13,907 nt of DNA from the IMG/VR virus record IMGVR_UViG_3300035698_021910, positions 1 to 13,907 of that record; one strand, written 5' to 3'. Under the pieces are notes generated by a model. It was not told the origin of the DNA, made no database searches, and saw only the letters and a program-made list of their open reading frames with translations. The position numbers and the translations under genes were made by a program. The stretch's first letter is position 1. Every line of letters begins with the position of its first letter. This DNA comes from a virus. Of the stretch, positions 1-7,004 are shown piece after piece.

Positions 1-127
1 GGGCTAAATTTATTATAATGATTAGCCCCCTGTCTTGTCAAATCTTTTCTACAAGATTTTTTGTTAATATTGTTGTGGATAACCTCCGCCATTATTTTGG
101 TTTCCGTTGTTCTGATTTTGGTTGCCA
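1..127. repeat. Terminal direct repeat, copy 1 (exact duplicate of 13781-13907); marks a circular or permuted genome assembly
   Basis: The 127 nt from gggctaaatttattataatg to ttctgattttggttgcca are identical at both window ends. The boundaries fall inside a G-run of a hairpin stem and inside the CDS 64..279, so they look arbitrary rather than biological. Confidence 0.9.
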
Positions 128-279
128 GCTCCTTTAGTGTTCCACGATATTGATTGAAGTTCCTGCAAAACGCATTCAAATTTGGCTTTGCCCGGTCGGA
201 ATAATTTGCATTCAGAATTACATAAAACTTTGTTTTTCCCAGTACTCATGAAAGGGCATATTTTTTTATCATCAGACAT
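64..279 (-). CDS. Hypothetical small protein (71 aa) with four Cys and an N/Q/G-rich C-terminal tail
   Basis: ORF track. Cys at positions 8, 20, 24 and 36; low-complexity tail GAGNQNQNNGNQNNGGGYPQQY. It is the last gene of the minus-strand series and is followed by hairpins. No family recognised. Confidence 0.5.
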   Translation of the reverse strand: MSDDKKICPFMSTGKNKVLCNSECKLFRPGKAKFECVLQELQSISWNTKGAGNQNQNNGNQNNGGGYPQQY

Positions 280-351
280 ATTTTTCTAAATTTTAAATTT
301 ATTAAATTAAATGGTTTATGATTTTGTGCCCACGAATATCTTTTGTAATAT

Positions 352-510
352 TTATTTTTTTTCATCTTGTTTTTTTTTATTTTTTAATAAAACCCAATCG
401 CCCTTGAGTTCGTGCCAGCAATACATTTTATTGTCATCACCTAGCCCATAGCTCCAATAGTAGCCATTGTTCCCCGGTTGTGGCACGACATGAAATTGAA
501 TTATTTGCAT
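352..510 (-). CDS. Small hypothetical ORF (52 aa), below the track cut-off
   Basis: Hand translation from the ATG at 510: MQIIQFHVVPQPGNNGYYWSYGLGDDNKMYCWHELKGDWVLLKNKKKQDEKK, stop TAA at 352-354. It fills the gap between two same-strand ORFs and has a Trp/Tyr-rich, non-repetitive composition. Confidence 0.4.
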   Translation of the reverse strand: MQIIQFHVVPQPGNNGYYWSYGLGDDNKMYCWHELKGDWVLLKNKKKQDEKK

Positions 511-519
511 AAGATTTTT

Positions 520-738
520 TTATTTTCTAGTTAGAGTTAATTCAACTTCATCTTCATAGATTTGAGCATTTGAAATTTTATAATCGATACCAGAACGGCA
601 ATCATTTTTTTTTCTGCTTATTCTCAAAGTATTAATTTTTAAATAATAACTTAAAATTTTCGATAAGCCTTTTTTATTTGGAAAGCTGGAGCGTTGTTTT
701 CTGCCTATATTTAAATGTAGTTTTTCGGGATATTTCAT
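520..738 (-). CDS. Hypothetical basic protein (72 aa)
   Basis: ORF track. Its start lies 2 nt after the stop of the upstream ORF 740..1003 (tight coupling). No recognisable family. Confidence 0.5.
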   Translation of the reverse strand: MKYPEKLHLNIGRKQRSSFPNKKGLSKILSYYLKINTLRISRKKNDCRSGIDYKISNAQIYEDEVELTLTRK

Positions 739-739
739 T

Positions 740-1003
740 TTAGTTGTGGCTTAATAAAACCATTAGAACATGAGATTTTTCTGACAATTTAGTACAGATA
801 AATCTTTCAAATGCAATAACTTTTTTTATTGTGCAGTTACATTTTTTAGAAATTTGTTTTTGTGTTTTCCTTGCGGGGCTGTTGTCCGTTTGCAAAACAC
901 GATTTAAAATAATAATAAGAATTAATCGTTTATCCTCATCATCATCAAATTTTTCACGAATGTCCTTTTTTAATTTTTCAGCCATTTTCAATGATTTAGT
1001 CAT
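740..1003 (-). CDS. Small putative helix-turn-helix DNA-binding protein (87 aa)
   Basis: ORF track. The segment KTQKQISKKCNCTIKKVIAFERFICTKL looks like an HTH (sigma region-4 or regulator-like), preceded by an acidic or charged N-terminus. By-eye call only. Confidence 0.4.
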   Translation of the reverse strand: MTKSLKMAEKLKKDIREKFDDDEDKRLILIIILNRVLQTDNSPARKTQKQISKKCNCTIKKVIAFERFICTKLSEKSHVLMVLLSHN

Positions 1004-1212
1004 AACTTAAATTTTAATTGTTTAGATTTTTTAATGGGAAAATTGGGGTGTCTGATTAGTTCAGGCACAACAATTTTTTTAATTAAATTTCTCGACCTTT
1101 GTAATTTGCTATTTTTTAATTTTAACAAATATCTTTTATAATACATTTTCCATTGCATCCGTTTGAAGTTTTTTAGTCTTTATTTTTGAATGTATCATTT
1201 TTTTGAATTAGT

Positions 1213-1233
1213 GGGGCGGATTATTTCCACCCC
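1213..1233 (-). terminator. GC-rich hairpin downstream of CDS 1261..1545
   Basis: Minus-strand RNA GGGGUGGA-AAUAA-UCCGCCCC forms an 8-bp stem. The one non-Watson-Crick pair is U.G on the minus strand but C x A on the plus strand, favouring a minus-strand RNA. No clear U-tract follows, so terminator function is uncertain. Confidence 0.35.
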
Positions 1234-1260
1234 AATTATATATTTATTATTAATGTTAAA

Positions 1261-1545
1261 TTAAATTTTTATAACCTGTTTTATGTAAAAAAGATTGATG
1301 TACTTTTTACGTTTTTCCTCTTCTCCTTTTTTATTTTTGAATGTGATCATAATATATGATTTTATCGCTTTCTGTCCTGCTTTGACATGATAGCCATTTT
1401 TATTCCATTGAAAAAGTGTTCGGCAATTTCTAGCAGGATTATATTTTTTAGCTTCGTCTTTTCCAAATCTTGCAATGATTTGGGCTTCTACAAGTTCGGC
1501 AGTTTTTATGCTTCCCGAGTAGTTTGTTTTTTCGAGTTTTTTCAT
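1261..1545 (-). CDS. Small protein (94 aa) resembling the ArdC N-terminal / DUF1738-type ssDNA-binding domain (tentative)
   Basis: ORF track. The motif RTLFQWNKNGYHVKAGQKAIKS resembles the WxxxxxxGxxVKKGEKg signature remembered from ArdC-N-like phage and plasmid proteins. First gene downstream of the consensus promoter at 1590-1617. Confidence 0.35.
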   Translation of the reverse strand: MKKLEKTNYSGSIKTAELVEAQIIARFGKDEAKKYNPARNCRTLFQWNKNGYHVKAGQKAIKSYIMITFKNKKGEEEKRKKYINLFYIKQVIKI

Positions 1546-1589
1546 ATGTTGGTTTTTTTATGTGAGAGTTATCCCCCTCATCTATTATT

Positions 1590-1617
1590 ATTATATCATA
1601 TCGGTTACCGATGTCAA
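1590..1617 (-). promoter_or_regulatory. Consensus sigma70-type promoter (minus strand) with a palindromic operator in the spacer
   Basis: The minus strand reads TTGACA (1617-1612), a 16-nt spacer, then TGaTATAAT (extended -10; TATAAT = 1595-1590). The 13-bp palindrome ATCGGT-T-ACCGAT (1600-1612) fills the spacer. It lies about 45 nt upstream of the ATG at 1545. Confidence 0.65.
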
Positions 1618-1627
1618 GCGTTTCAAC

Positions 1628-1636
1628 TGTGGATAA
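1628..1636. promoter_or_regulatory. Perfect DnaA box (TGTGGATAA, reverse complement of TTATCCACA), 10 nt upstream of the -35 hexamer
   Basis: Exact 9-mer match to the bacterial DnaA-box consensus, located in the 240-bp intergenic region 1546-1785. Confidence 0.55.
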
Positions 1637-1683
1637 GTAACCGCAACAGTTACCGAAGTATCAGACACTTCTATAATAAAAGA

Positions 1684-1733
1684 TAACTGATAAAAATACA
1701 AAATCAATCGATTAAAAGTAACTGATAAAAATA
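1684..1733. repeat. Two 15-bp direct repeats TAACTGATAAAAATA (1684-1698 and 1719-1733) flanking the palindrome AATCGATT (1706-1713)
   Basis: Read directly from the sequence. They sit in the intergenic region upstream of the promoter at 1590-1617 and are possible regulator sites. Confidence 0.5.
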
Positions 1734-1736
1734 AAA

Positions 1737-1763
1737 AAATAGGCTGAACCAACAAACCTATTT
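1737..1763 (-). terminator. Weak intrinsic-terminator-like hairpin after the lysis cassette
   Basis: AAATAGG (1737-1743) pairs with CCTATTT (1757-1763) around a 13-nt loop. On the minus strand it is followed by UUUUAUUUUUAUC. It starts 23 nt after the stop of CDS 1786..1974. The stem is AT-rich and therefore weak. Confidence 0.4.
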
Positions 1764-1785
1764 TAATATTTTCTTAGCTTTCTCT

Positions 1786-1974
1786 TTATTGTTTTTCTGA
1801 TGTACTAGACTTTTTTTGGTAGGTATTTAACCCACTATAAAGACCAACAACAACGAGAACAATTTTTATAAATTCAACAGAATTAATCTTATTGAATAAT
1901 ATCAATAAAAAAGTAAAAAATAATAGTACTGATGAAAGTAGAAATTTTCTACCTCCTAAGTCTTTAATTTTCAT
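1786..1974 (-). CDS. Small membrane protein with two predicted TM segments (62 aa); holin or lysis-accessory candidate
   Basis: ORF track. Hydrophobic stretches FLLSSVLLFFTFLLILF and FIKIVLVVVGLYSGL with a charged C-terminus. Immediately downstream of the endolysin. Confidence 0.5.
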   Translation of the reverse strand: MKIKDLGGRKFLLSSVLLFFTFLLILFNKINSVEFIKIVLVVVGLYSGLNTYQKKSSTSEKQ

Positions 1975-2071
1975 AATGTGATTTTGAAAGTCTAAAAAAT
2001 TTTTTCCCTAACGGGAAACCTCTCTCAACTTTTCTTAATTCTAATTATTTAAATTGAATATAAAGTGATAG

Positions 2072-2728
2072 TTATATTCCCTTATTTTTTAGAACAGGTA
2101 TTTTTAAAACTTGCCCCGGATAAATCAAATGAGGATTTTTTAATTGGTCTTCATTCACTAAATAAATTTCCATAAAGTGTCCGCCATTACCATAAAATTT
2201 TTCCGCTATTTTCCACAAACTATCACCCTCGACGACAACATGATTCCCGTGAAAAACTTTTAAACTATCATCGTCTTTATTAAATAAATTTAATTCGTCG
2301 GGGTCAATATGTTTTAAAAGTGGCAAAGGATCCACAAAATGACCAGAAACAGAAATGCCAAAATGTAGATGATAGCCATTTACACCACGCCAGAAACCAC
2401 TTCGTCCACTATACCCGACTGATTGCCCAGCCTTAAGTTTCCAACCCTCTTTTACTGTAATTTCATTTAGATGAGCTAGTAGGAAAATATAGATAGCACC
2501 GTTTTTATGGCGAGTCTCAATATAAACAGCTTTCCCATATCCACTGGTACATTCAGGTGTTATTCTTTTTACAATGCCGTCAACTGGAGAAATGAGGCGT
2601 GTGAGCTTTGGCAGTCCAAAGTCAACTCCTTTGTGAGTAGCAATTTTTCCTTGATATAGATATTTTACTCCAAATTTTTGAGTAATTGGGTATTTATCAG
2701 GTGTTTGAAAAGGTAAAATAATTTTCAT
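2072..2728 (-). CDS. Endolysin: M23 (LytM-type) metallopeptidase domain plus C-terminal LysM domain
   Basis: ORF track. HKGVDFG (HxxxD) and GYHLHFG (HxH) are the M23 zinc-ligand motifs. The C-terminal HVVVEGDSLWKIAEKFYG...IYPGQVLKIP is a typical LysM repeat. Confidence 0.9.
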   Translation of the reverse strand: MKIILPFQTPDKYPITQKFGVKYLYQGKIATHKGVDFGLPKLTRLISPVDGIVKRITPECTSGYGKAVYIETRHKNGAIYIFLLAHLNEITVKEGWKLKAGQSVGYSGRSGFWRGVNGYHLHFGISVSGHFVDPLPLLKHIDPDELNLFNKDDDSLKVFHGNHVVVEGDSLWKIAEKFYGNGGHFMEIYLVNEDQLKNPHLIYPGQVLKIPVLKNKGI

Positions 2729-2736
2729 AAATTTAA

Positions 2737-2955
2737 TTAGACTTTATTATTTATTGTTTTTTTTATCCAAGTAATATCAGTTTTTAAAATTTCTAAAATA
2801 GTGTAAATTTTATTGACAGGACAAACAGTTTGAGTATTTTCAATTTTATTTATTCTTTTGATTAAGTTATTATAAATATAAATAATAAGACTTATGCAAG
2901 AACCTGCAAAAAAACCGACAATGCAAATAAATTGTGAAATAGATATACTAATCAT
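2737..2955 (-). CDS. Small membrane protein with an N-terminal TM segment (72 aa); holin candidate
   Basis: ORF track. Hydrophobic ISQFICIVGFFAGSCISLIIYIY followed by a polar tail. Its ATG overlaps the upstream stop (ATGA) and it sits directly upstream of the endolysin. Confidence 0.5.
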   Translation of the reverse strand: MISISISQFICIVGFFAGSCISLIIYIYNNLIKRINKIENTQTVCPVNKIYTILEILKTDITWIKKTINNKV

Positions 2956-3455
2956 TTGCTAACAGCTAACGGAGTTATAACTAAATTGCCGTGTTCGACA
3001 GTAATGACTGGACCATTTGTATCGCTTGTAATCATAATTTGAAAAGTATCACCAGTAGATAAAGTAAAAAAACCAGAACCAGAGAGATGACCAACATCGC
3101 CACCAGTGGCTATTTTACGGCACAATTTAAGAGTAGCATTAGCAGTACCATTAATAGCAGGGGCAAATCTAATTATAACATTATTAGTATCAGAAATAAT
3201 ACAAGCGGAAAAAGTAACTAGAACATCAATATCAAGTTCGCCATTATAAGTAACGACACCGCCGACTTGAGTGAAATCGTCTTCGCTAACAGTTGAAAAA
3301 GTTCCTGCAATAGCATAAAAAGTTTCAGCGGTAGTAATGGTAGTAGTAGCACTAGAAGAGATATAATAATAAGCACTAGCAATAGATTTATAAATACGAA
3401 CGCCTTTGATCGCCTCCGTAAGTTTATTTATAGCATTTACAATAGCATTTAACAT
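2952..3455 (-). CDS. Putative tail-fibre tip or receptor-binding protein (167 aa), beta-rich
   Basis: ORF track. A short N-terminal helix is followed by a Ser/Thr/Gly-rich beta-strand pattern (..VTFSACIISD..TLSTGDTFQIMITSD..) reminiscent of TNF/C1q-like jelly-rolls. It is the last structural gene before lysis. By-eye resemblance only. Confidence 0.35.
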   Translation of the reverse strand: MLNAIVNAINKLTEAIKGVRIYKSIASAYYYISSSATTTITTAETFYAIAGTFSTVSEDDFTQVGGVVTYNGELDIDVLVTFSACIISDTNNVIIRFAPAINGTANATLKLCRKIATGGDVGHLSGSGFFTLSTGDTFQIMITSDTNGPVITVEHGNLVITPLAVSK

Positions 3456-3459
3456 AATT

Positions 3460-4893
3460 TTATTTAGAGGCTAATAAGCCAATAGGTTTATATAAATAAG
3501 TTACTTCAAAATCTTCAATTCCATAAGAACCAGCAGAATTAACAATCAAAGCAAATTCGATAAAATCAACAGTCTCTAAATTTCGAATATCATGAATTTT
3601 ACCAGTACTACCAGTTACACCACCAACACCAAGATTTGTTGAATAATCAGTAGTAAGATAATCAATATTTGCACCGATAGAATAATAATTTGAAGCATTC
3701 TCGACTACAGGCTTATGAGTTACAATAATATAACAAGGTACATGTTTAAAATTCAATCGAGGGAATCTGAAATTTGCGGTTTTAGTTGAAATTGTTGAAG
3801 TAGTATCATCATAGATATGGCTTTTACCGTCAGAGCCAACAGATAAAAAATGAATTTCACCAAAAAAATTAACCATTTCAATTAGAGTTTCTTTGCTATC
3901 AATAACTTTCAATAAAAAAATACCACCGTTTTCATTCATTTTGTAGAGGTATCTAAAGCTAGTTGAAGCCTTTGCAGTAAAATAAATATTAAATCTATCA
4001 GTACCAATTATTTTAACATCAGTATACTCATTTAAATTTTCATTAGAAAATAATATTGTTTCAGATTTATCATATCTATAAATTAAAACTCTATCTTTAT
4101 AAATATTAGCAATATAGATATTTTCATTTAATTTAATCATTGTTGCTGTATATTCATAATCTTCAAAAGTTTTTAAAAATTCAAGATCATTAGAAGTATA
4201 TTTACAAAAATAATTTGCGTTTAAATTACCATTTCTAATTATAAAATAAATATATCCGTCTAATTCAGAAATATCAACAACTTGATTATCTAAAGTTGCA
4301 CCGTCATAAAAAGTTTCCCAATCCACCGCATTATTAGAGCGAACAACAAGTCCTGTGTCATCAACAACATAAAAATAACCGTCAGTACCGATTAATGTTT
4401 TAACAGGCACAGAATAAGCCCAATCAGCGTGACTAAAAGTACTAGAATTATCAATACTATAAGATATTCTTTTTGTACCAGAAAGAAGACTAAATGCAAT
4501 TAAAAAATTTTTATAAGCAGTAAGCATATAGCAACTAGTGGTATTTGCAGGGAATGTGTAACCGAGGGTATAAGCATCATCACCTTGATCCTTATAATAA
4601 ATTAAAGGAACATCACCAGAAACATTACGAGCATTAAAAAGTTGAACATTACCGACAACACCTTGAACAGCTAAAGATTTTTTATCATAATTTACAGGAC
4701 TATCATAAGTGATAAGAGTATAATCAGGAGATAAATTTAATTTATGTGAAAAATCATCAATAACCATATTGACGGAAAGTTTAAATTTTGAAAGATCTTT
4801 CAAATCAATATATTCTTGATTAGATTTTCCAGTCATCAAATCAAAATTAATCCGTTGGTATCTTTTTGAGGTACTTCTAAATTTTTTATTCAT
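3460..4893 (-). CDS. Large structural protein (477 aa), likely a tail or host-recognition component
   Basis: ORF track. It is the largest ORF in the post-capsid block, with a beta-rich Tyr/Asn/Asp-rich composition. No tape-measure-sized gene is present, so a short-tailed virion is plausible. Confidence 0.45.
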   Translation of the reverse strand: MNKKFRSTSKRYQRINFDLMTGKSNQEYIDLKDLSKFKLSVNMVIDDFSHKLNLSPDYTLITYDSPVNYDKKSLAVQGVVGNVQLFNARNVSGDVPLIYYKDQGDDAYTLGYTFPANTTSCYMLTAYKNFLIAFSLLSGTKRISYSIDNSSTFSHADWAYSVPVKTLIGTDGYFYVVDDTGLVVRSNNAVDWETFYDGATLDNQVVDISELDGYIYFIIRNGNLNANYFCKYTSNDLEFLKTFEDYEYTATMIKLNENIYIANIYKDRVLIYRYDKSETILFSNENLNEYTDVKIIGTDRFNIYFTAKASTSFRYLYKMNENGGIFLLKVIDSKETLIEMVNFFGEIHFLSVGSDGKSHIYDDTTSTISTKTANFRFPRLNFKHVPCYIIVTHKPVVENASNYYSIGANIDYLTTDYSTNLGVGGVTGSTGKIHDIRNLETVDFIEFALIVNSAGSYGIEDFEVTYLYKPIGLLASK

Positions 4894-4900
4894 ATTATTA

Positions 4901-5482
4901 TTAGCTATTTATTTGTATAGCGTTTAACATTTCAAAATAATGTTTCTTAAAATCATCTCTAATTTTTCTTAATTCTTCGGGTTTTACATCAGGCAATTCA
5001 TCTTTATTTAGAACCATTTTTGTAATAAGTAAATTATAATATCTATATTGTGCACCAAGGTAAACGAGTTCTAATAATTTATAAGGGACATCTGTAACGG
5101 TAGCGGTAGCTGGTTCTTTAAAACCTTTTTCATACAAAATGCGGGTAGTTTTAACAGAAGTAAAAATATTAGTAAATTGAATTGAACCATTGTATTCATA
5201 CCACCTTTGAGTGCTTTGAAGACGGACAGTTTCAAGATCTTTAATATCATTTAATTTTCTTATCTCTTCGCCTTCAATAAAAACAGCCAAAACTTCCATA
5301 CTATTAGTCGGAATATTTAAGGTTTCTTCATCGACAACAGTACTTTGACTTTCATCAAATGAGGGAATACCAAAAAAAGATGACAAAAAATTGATTGAGT
5401 CAAAAATTGGTTGCTCAACGACGGCGGCGGAATCATCGAGATAAGCCCTTACTATTGCTGTAATTTGTGCTAGATTTTTCAT
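4901..5482 (-). CDS. Structural protein (193 aa), possible head-tail adaptor
   Basis: ORF track. The position between the capsid block and tail genes, and the N-terminus ITAIVRAYLDDSAA, resemble head-tail connector proteins. Weak evidence. Confidence 0.3.
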   Translation of the reverse strand: MKNLAQITAIVRAYLDDSAAVVEQPIFDSINFLSSFFGIPSFDESQSTVVDEETLNIPTNSMEVLAVFIEGEEIRKLNDIKDLETVRLQSTQRWYEYNGSIQFTNIFTSVKTTRILYEKGFKEPATATVTDVPYKLLELVYLGAQYRYYNLLITKMVLNKDELPDVKPEELRKIRDDFKKHYFEMLNAIQINS

Positions 5483-5492
5483 AAATTTGAGT

Positions 5493-5518
5493 TTAAGGTT
5501 TTTATGGAAAAACCTTAA
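5493..5518 (-). promoter_or_regulatory. Perfect 11-bp stem / 4-nt loop intercistronic hairpin
   Basis: TTAAGGTTTTT (5493-5503), loop atgg, AAAAACCTTAA (5508-5518). It lies 12 nt after the stop of CDS 5531..5713 and 10 nt before the ATG at 5482. Possible attenuator, processing site or mRNA-stability element. Confidence 0.5.
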
Positions 5519-5530
5519 AAACCATATTTA

Positions 5531-5713
5531 TTAAAAAAATTTGTGTGAAAAATCGCCGTGGATACGACAATTATAAGTGCCTGATTTTCTCTGTAAAATG
5601 CGTTTACAAACTGGGCATAAAAATTGATAAGGAGGTTTTTTTAACCTTTCAAGTTTAATTACTTTTGAAATTTTAACTTGATAATCATCAATAAAAATAT
5701 TTATTTCTGCCAT
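5531..5713 (-). CDS. Small zinc-ribbon-like protein (60 aa)
   Basis: ORF track. CPVC followed 12 residues later by CRIH. Overlaps the upstream ORF by 13 nt. Confidence 0.45.
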   Translation of the reverse strand: MAEINIFIDDYQVKISKVIKLERLKKPPYQFLCPVCKRILQRKSGTYNCRIHGDFSHKFF

Positions 5714-5892
5714 TTTACAATCTCCTTTTTGGGGTATGTTGCATTGATTAAAAGATTAAGCATAATGTCATTATCTTCTAATAATTCCCGAATTGGAATA
5801 ATGAGATCCATGAGTTTGTCATGAGGTATTTCAATATTCGCTTCGAGAAAATGAATTTGGAGCTGTTCGTAAATAGTAAAGTCTGAAATCAT
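5701..5892 (-). CDS. Hypothetical acidic protein (63 aa)
   Basis: ORF track. ATGA-type 4-nt overlap with the upstream ORF 5889..6140. Same-strand, tightly packed. Confidence 0.45.
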   Translation of the reverse strand: MISDFTIYEQLQIHFLEANIEIPHDKLMDLIIPIRELLEDNDIMLNLLINATYPKKEIVKWQK

Positions 5893-6140
5893 TTTTTTTC
5901 CTTTTTTGGTTTTTCTATAGCATTGAATTGAATAATTTCGGGGTCATTTTTTAAAAATTTAATTTCTTCATTATTAGAAGTTAAATAGTTTTGACGATTT
6001 TCAATTTTAATAACTTTATTATTGAAATTTCCAGTGTAACTGCCAGGGCGAGGTTCTTTTCTAATAAAGCAAATTTTTTTTGCCTCAACCTCTTCTTTAT
6101 AATTTGAATCATCTTTTTGGGTGTCTTTTGTAATAGCCAT
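5889..6140 (-). CDS. Hypothetical charged protein (83 aa)
   Basis: ORF track. Same-strand packing downstream of the LamG-like gene. Confidence 0.5.
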   Translation of the reverse strand: MAITKDTQKDDSNYKEEVEAKKICFIRKEPRPGSYTGNFNNKVIKIENRQNYLTSNNEEIKFLKNDPEIIQFNAIEKPKKEKK

Positions 6141-6158
6141 AATTTTTATAATTAATAA

Positions 6159-6896
6159 TTAAATTAGTGGTAACATTCCAAATTTTGCATAAATATGTTT
6201 ATTTATTTTAGTCAAATTTTCCATACCTAGTGCCTTATTATAAATTCTAAATAAAGCGATTGAGCCAGAATAAGGGGAATTAAAATCTAAGGGATCTATA
6301 GAAAAGATTAAATCATAATCTGCACTAAAAAGTATGTTAGTGTTATCACTAGAATCAGTTTTAACAAGTAAACCGTTTGAATAAGCACGACAACTAACAG
6401 AATCAAGTTCCCAAGCTAACAAATAATATCCGCTATCGCCGATTGCATGATAACTGCTAATATCAACATTATCCTCTTCCAAAGTATCACCCCAAGTTTT
6501 AAAACGAACACGCTCAGAGCTATCAAGATAAAATTCAAAAGTAGAACGACTTATCTCGTCTCCAACATCAACAAGAGAATTTTTGATAAATACTTGCTCG
6601 GAATCAAGCATATTAGTGAGTGGTTTTTTGACAAGCATGATAATAGTAAATTCATCCAAAAGAAAATCAGCACTATGTGCGATTGTAGCGAAATCATCAG
6701 CACCGTCAAAACTAATTACTTGTTTGTTTCCAACAGAGCTATCTTTTTCAAGAGTACAACCGTCAATAACCATATCATTACCGTTTCCACTTCTATCAAG
6801 CATAGTCAATCCAGTGTCATAATGTGGAAAAATATCACAAAATAAACCGTCCCGATAATCAGGTGTTATAATTTTATAAGGTGGAGTTCTCAACAT
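6159..6896 (-). CDS. LamG / concanavalin-A-like lectin-fold protein (245 aa); probable virion-surface or fibre component
   Basis: ORF track. DRSGNGNDMVIDGCTL...ISFDGADDFATIAHSADFLLDEFTIIMLVK matches the remembered Laminin_G_3 pattern (D-SGNGN..G...FDG-DD-v-i......l....FTi..wvk). Confidence 0.6.
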   Translation of the reverse strand: MLRTPPYKIITPDYRDGLFCDIFPHYDTGLTMLDRSGNGNDMVIDGCTLEKDSSVGNKQVISFDGADDFATIAHSADFLLDEFTIIMLVKKPLTNMLDSEQVFIKNSLVDVGDEISRSTFEFYLDSSERVRFKTWGDTLEEDNVDISSYHAIGDSGYYLLAWELDSVSCRAYSNGLLVKTDSSDNTNILFSADYDLIFSIDPLDFNSPYSGSIALFRIYNKALGMENLTKINKHIYAKFGMLPLI

Positions 6897-6912
6897 ATTT
6901 TTAAAATTATTT

Positions 6913-6964
6913 TACAAAGGTTTGTCGCCTTAAATCATAAGTTTAAAGCGACAAGGTCTTTGTA
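6913..6964 (-). terminator. Composite stem-loop downstream of the major capsid gene
   Basis: TACAAAG (6913-6919) pairs with CTTTGTA (6958-6964), and TTGTCGC (6922-6928) pairs with GCGACAA (6948-6954), with further TTAAA/TTTAA pairing inside. On the minus strand it starts 40 nt after the capsid stop and is followed by AAUAAUUUU. Confidence 0.5.
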
Positions 6965-7004
6965 AATCAATCCCCACGACTGATGTTATCTAAAAAAGAA
7001 CAAT

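Noticed and set aside
1-127. The 127-bp repeats as genuine T7-style direct terminal repeats marking physical genome ends.
   Set aside because: The repeat boundaries cut through a hairpin stem and through a CDS, and the length equals a common maximum assembler k-mer. An assembly overlap of a circular or permuted genome is more parsimonious. Sequence alone cannot fully exclude true terminal repeats.
1047-1067. Plus-strand terminator-like hairpin GTGTCTG-attagtt-CAGGCAC followed by a T-run.
   Set aside because: There is no plus-strand gene or supported transcript to terminate. The stem is short with a wobble and is followed by the T-run only after a 5-nt gap.
1387-1686. Plus-strand ORF (99 aa). 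The plus-strand ORFs 6447..6845, 6583..6822, 8639..8917, 10405..10623 and 10906..11262, and the minus-strand internal ORFs 7325..7513 and 10860..11258, are of the same kind.
   Set aside because: All lie inside or antisense to much longer, motif-supported minus-strand genes. Their translations are low-complexity F/I/L/K/S-rich strings typical of shadow frames in AT-rich DNA. None has an independent intergenic start context.
1754-1761. Bacteroidota-type -7 promoter motif TAnnTTTG (minus strand TAGGTTTG).
   Set aside because: It is a single occurrence buried in the hairpin at 1737-1763, with no TTTG -33 partner. Perfect TTGACA/TATAAT promoters are present instead.
2209-2217. Relaxed DnaA-box matches inside CDS (TTTTCCACA at 2209-2217 and TGTGGAAAA at 6823-6831).
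   Set aside because: About two relaxed TTWTNCACA matches are expected by chance in this genome. These two are isolated within coding sequence, so they are not counted as origin elements.
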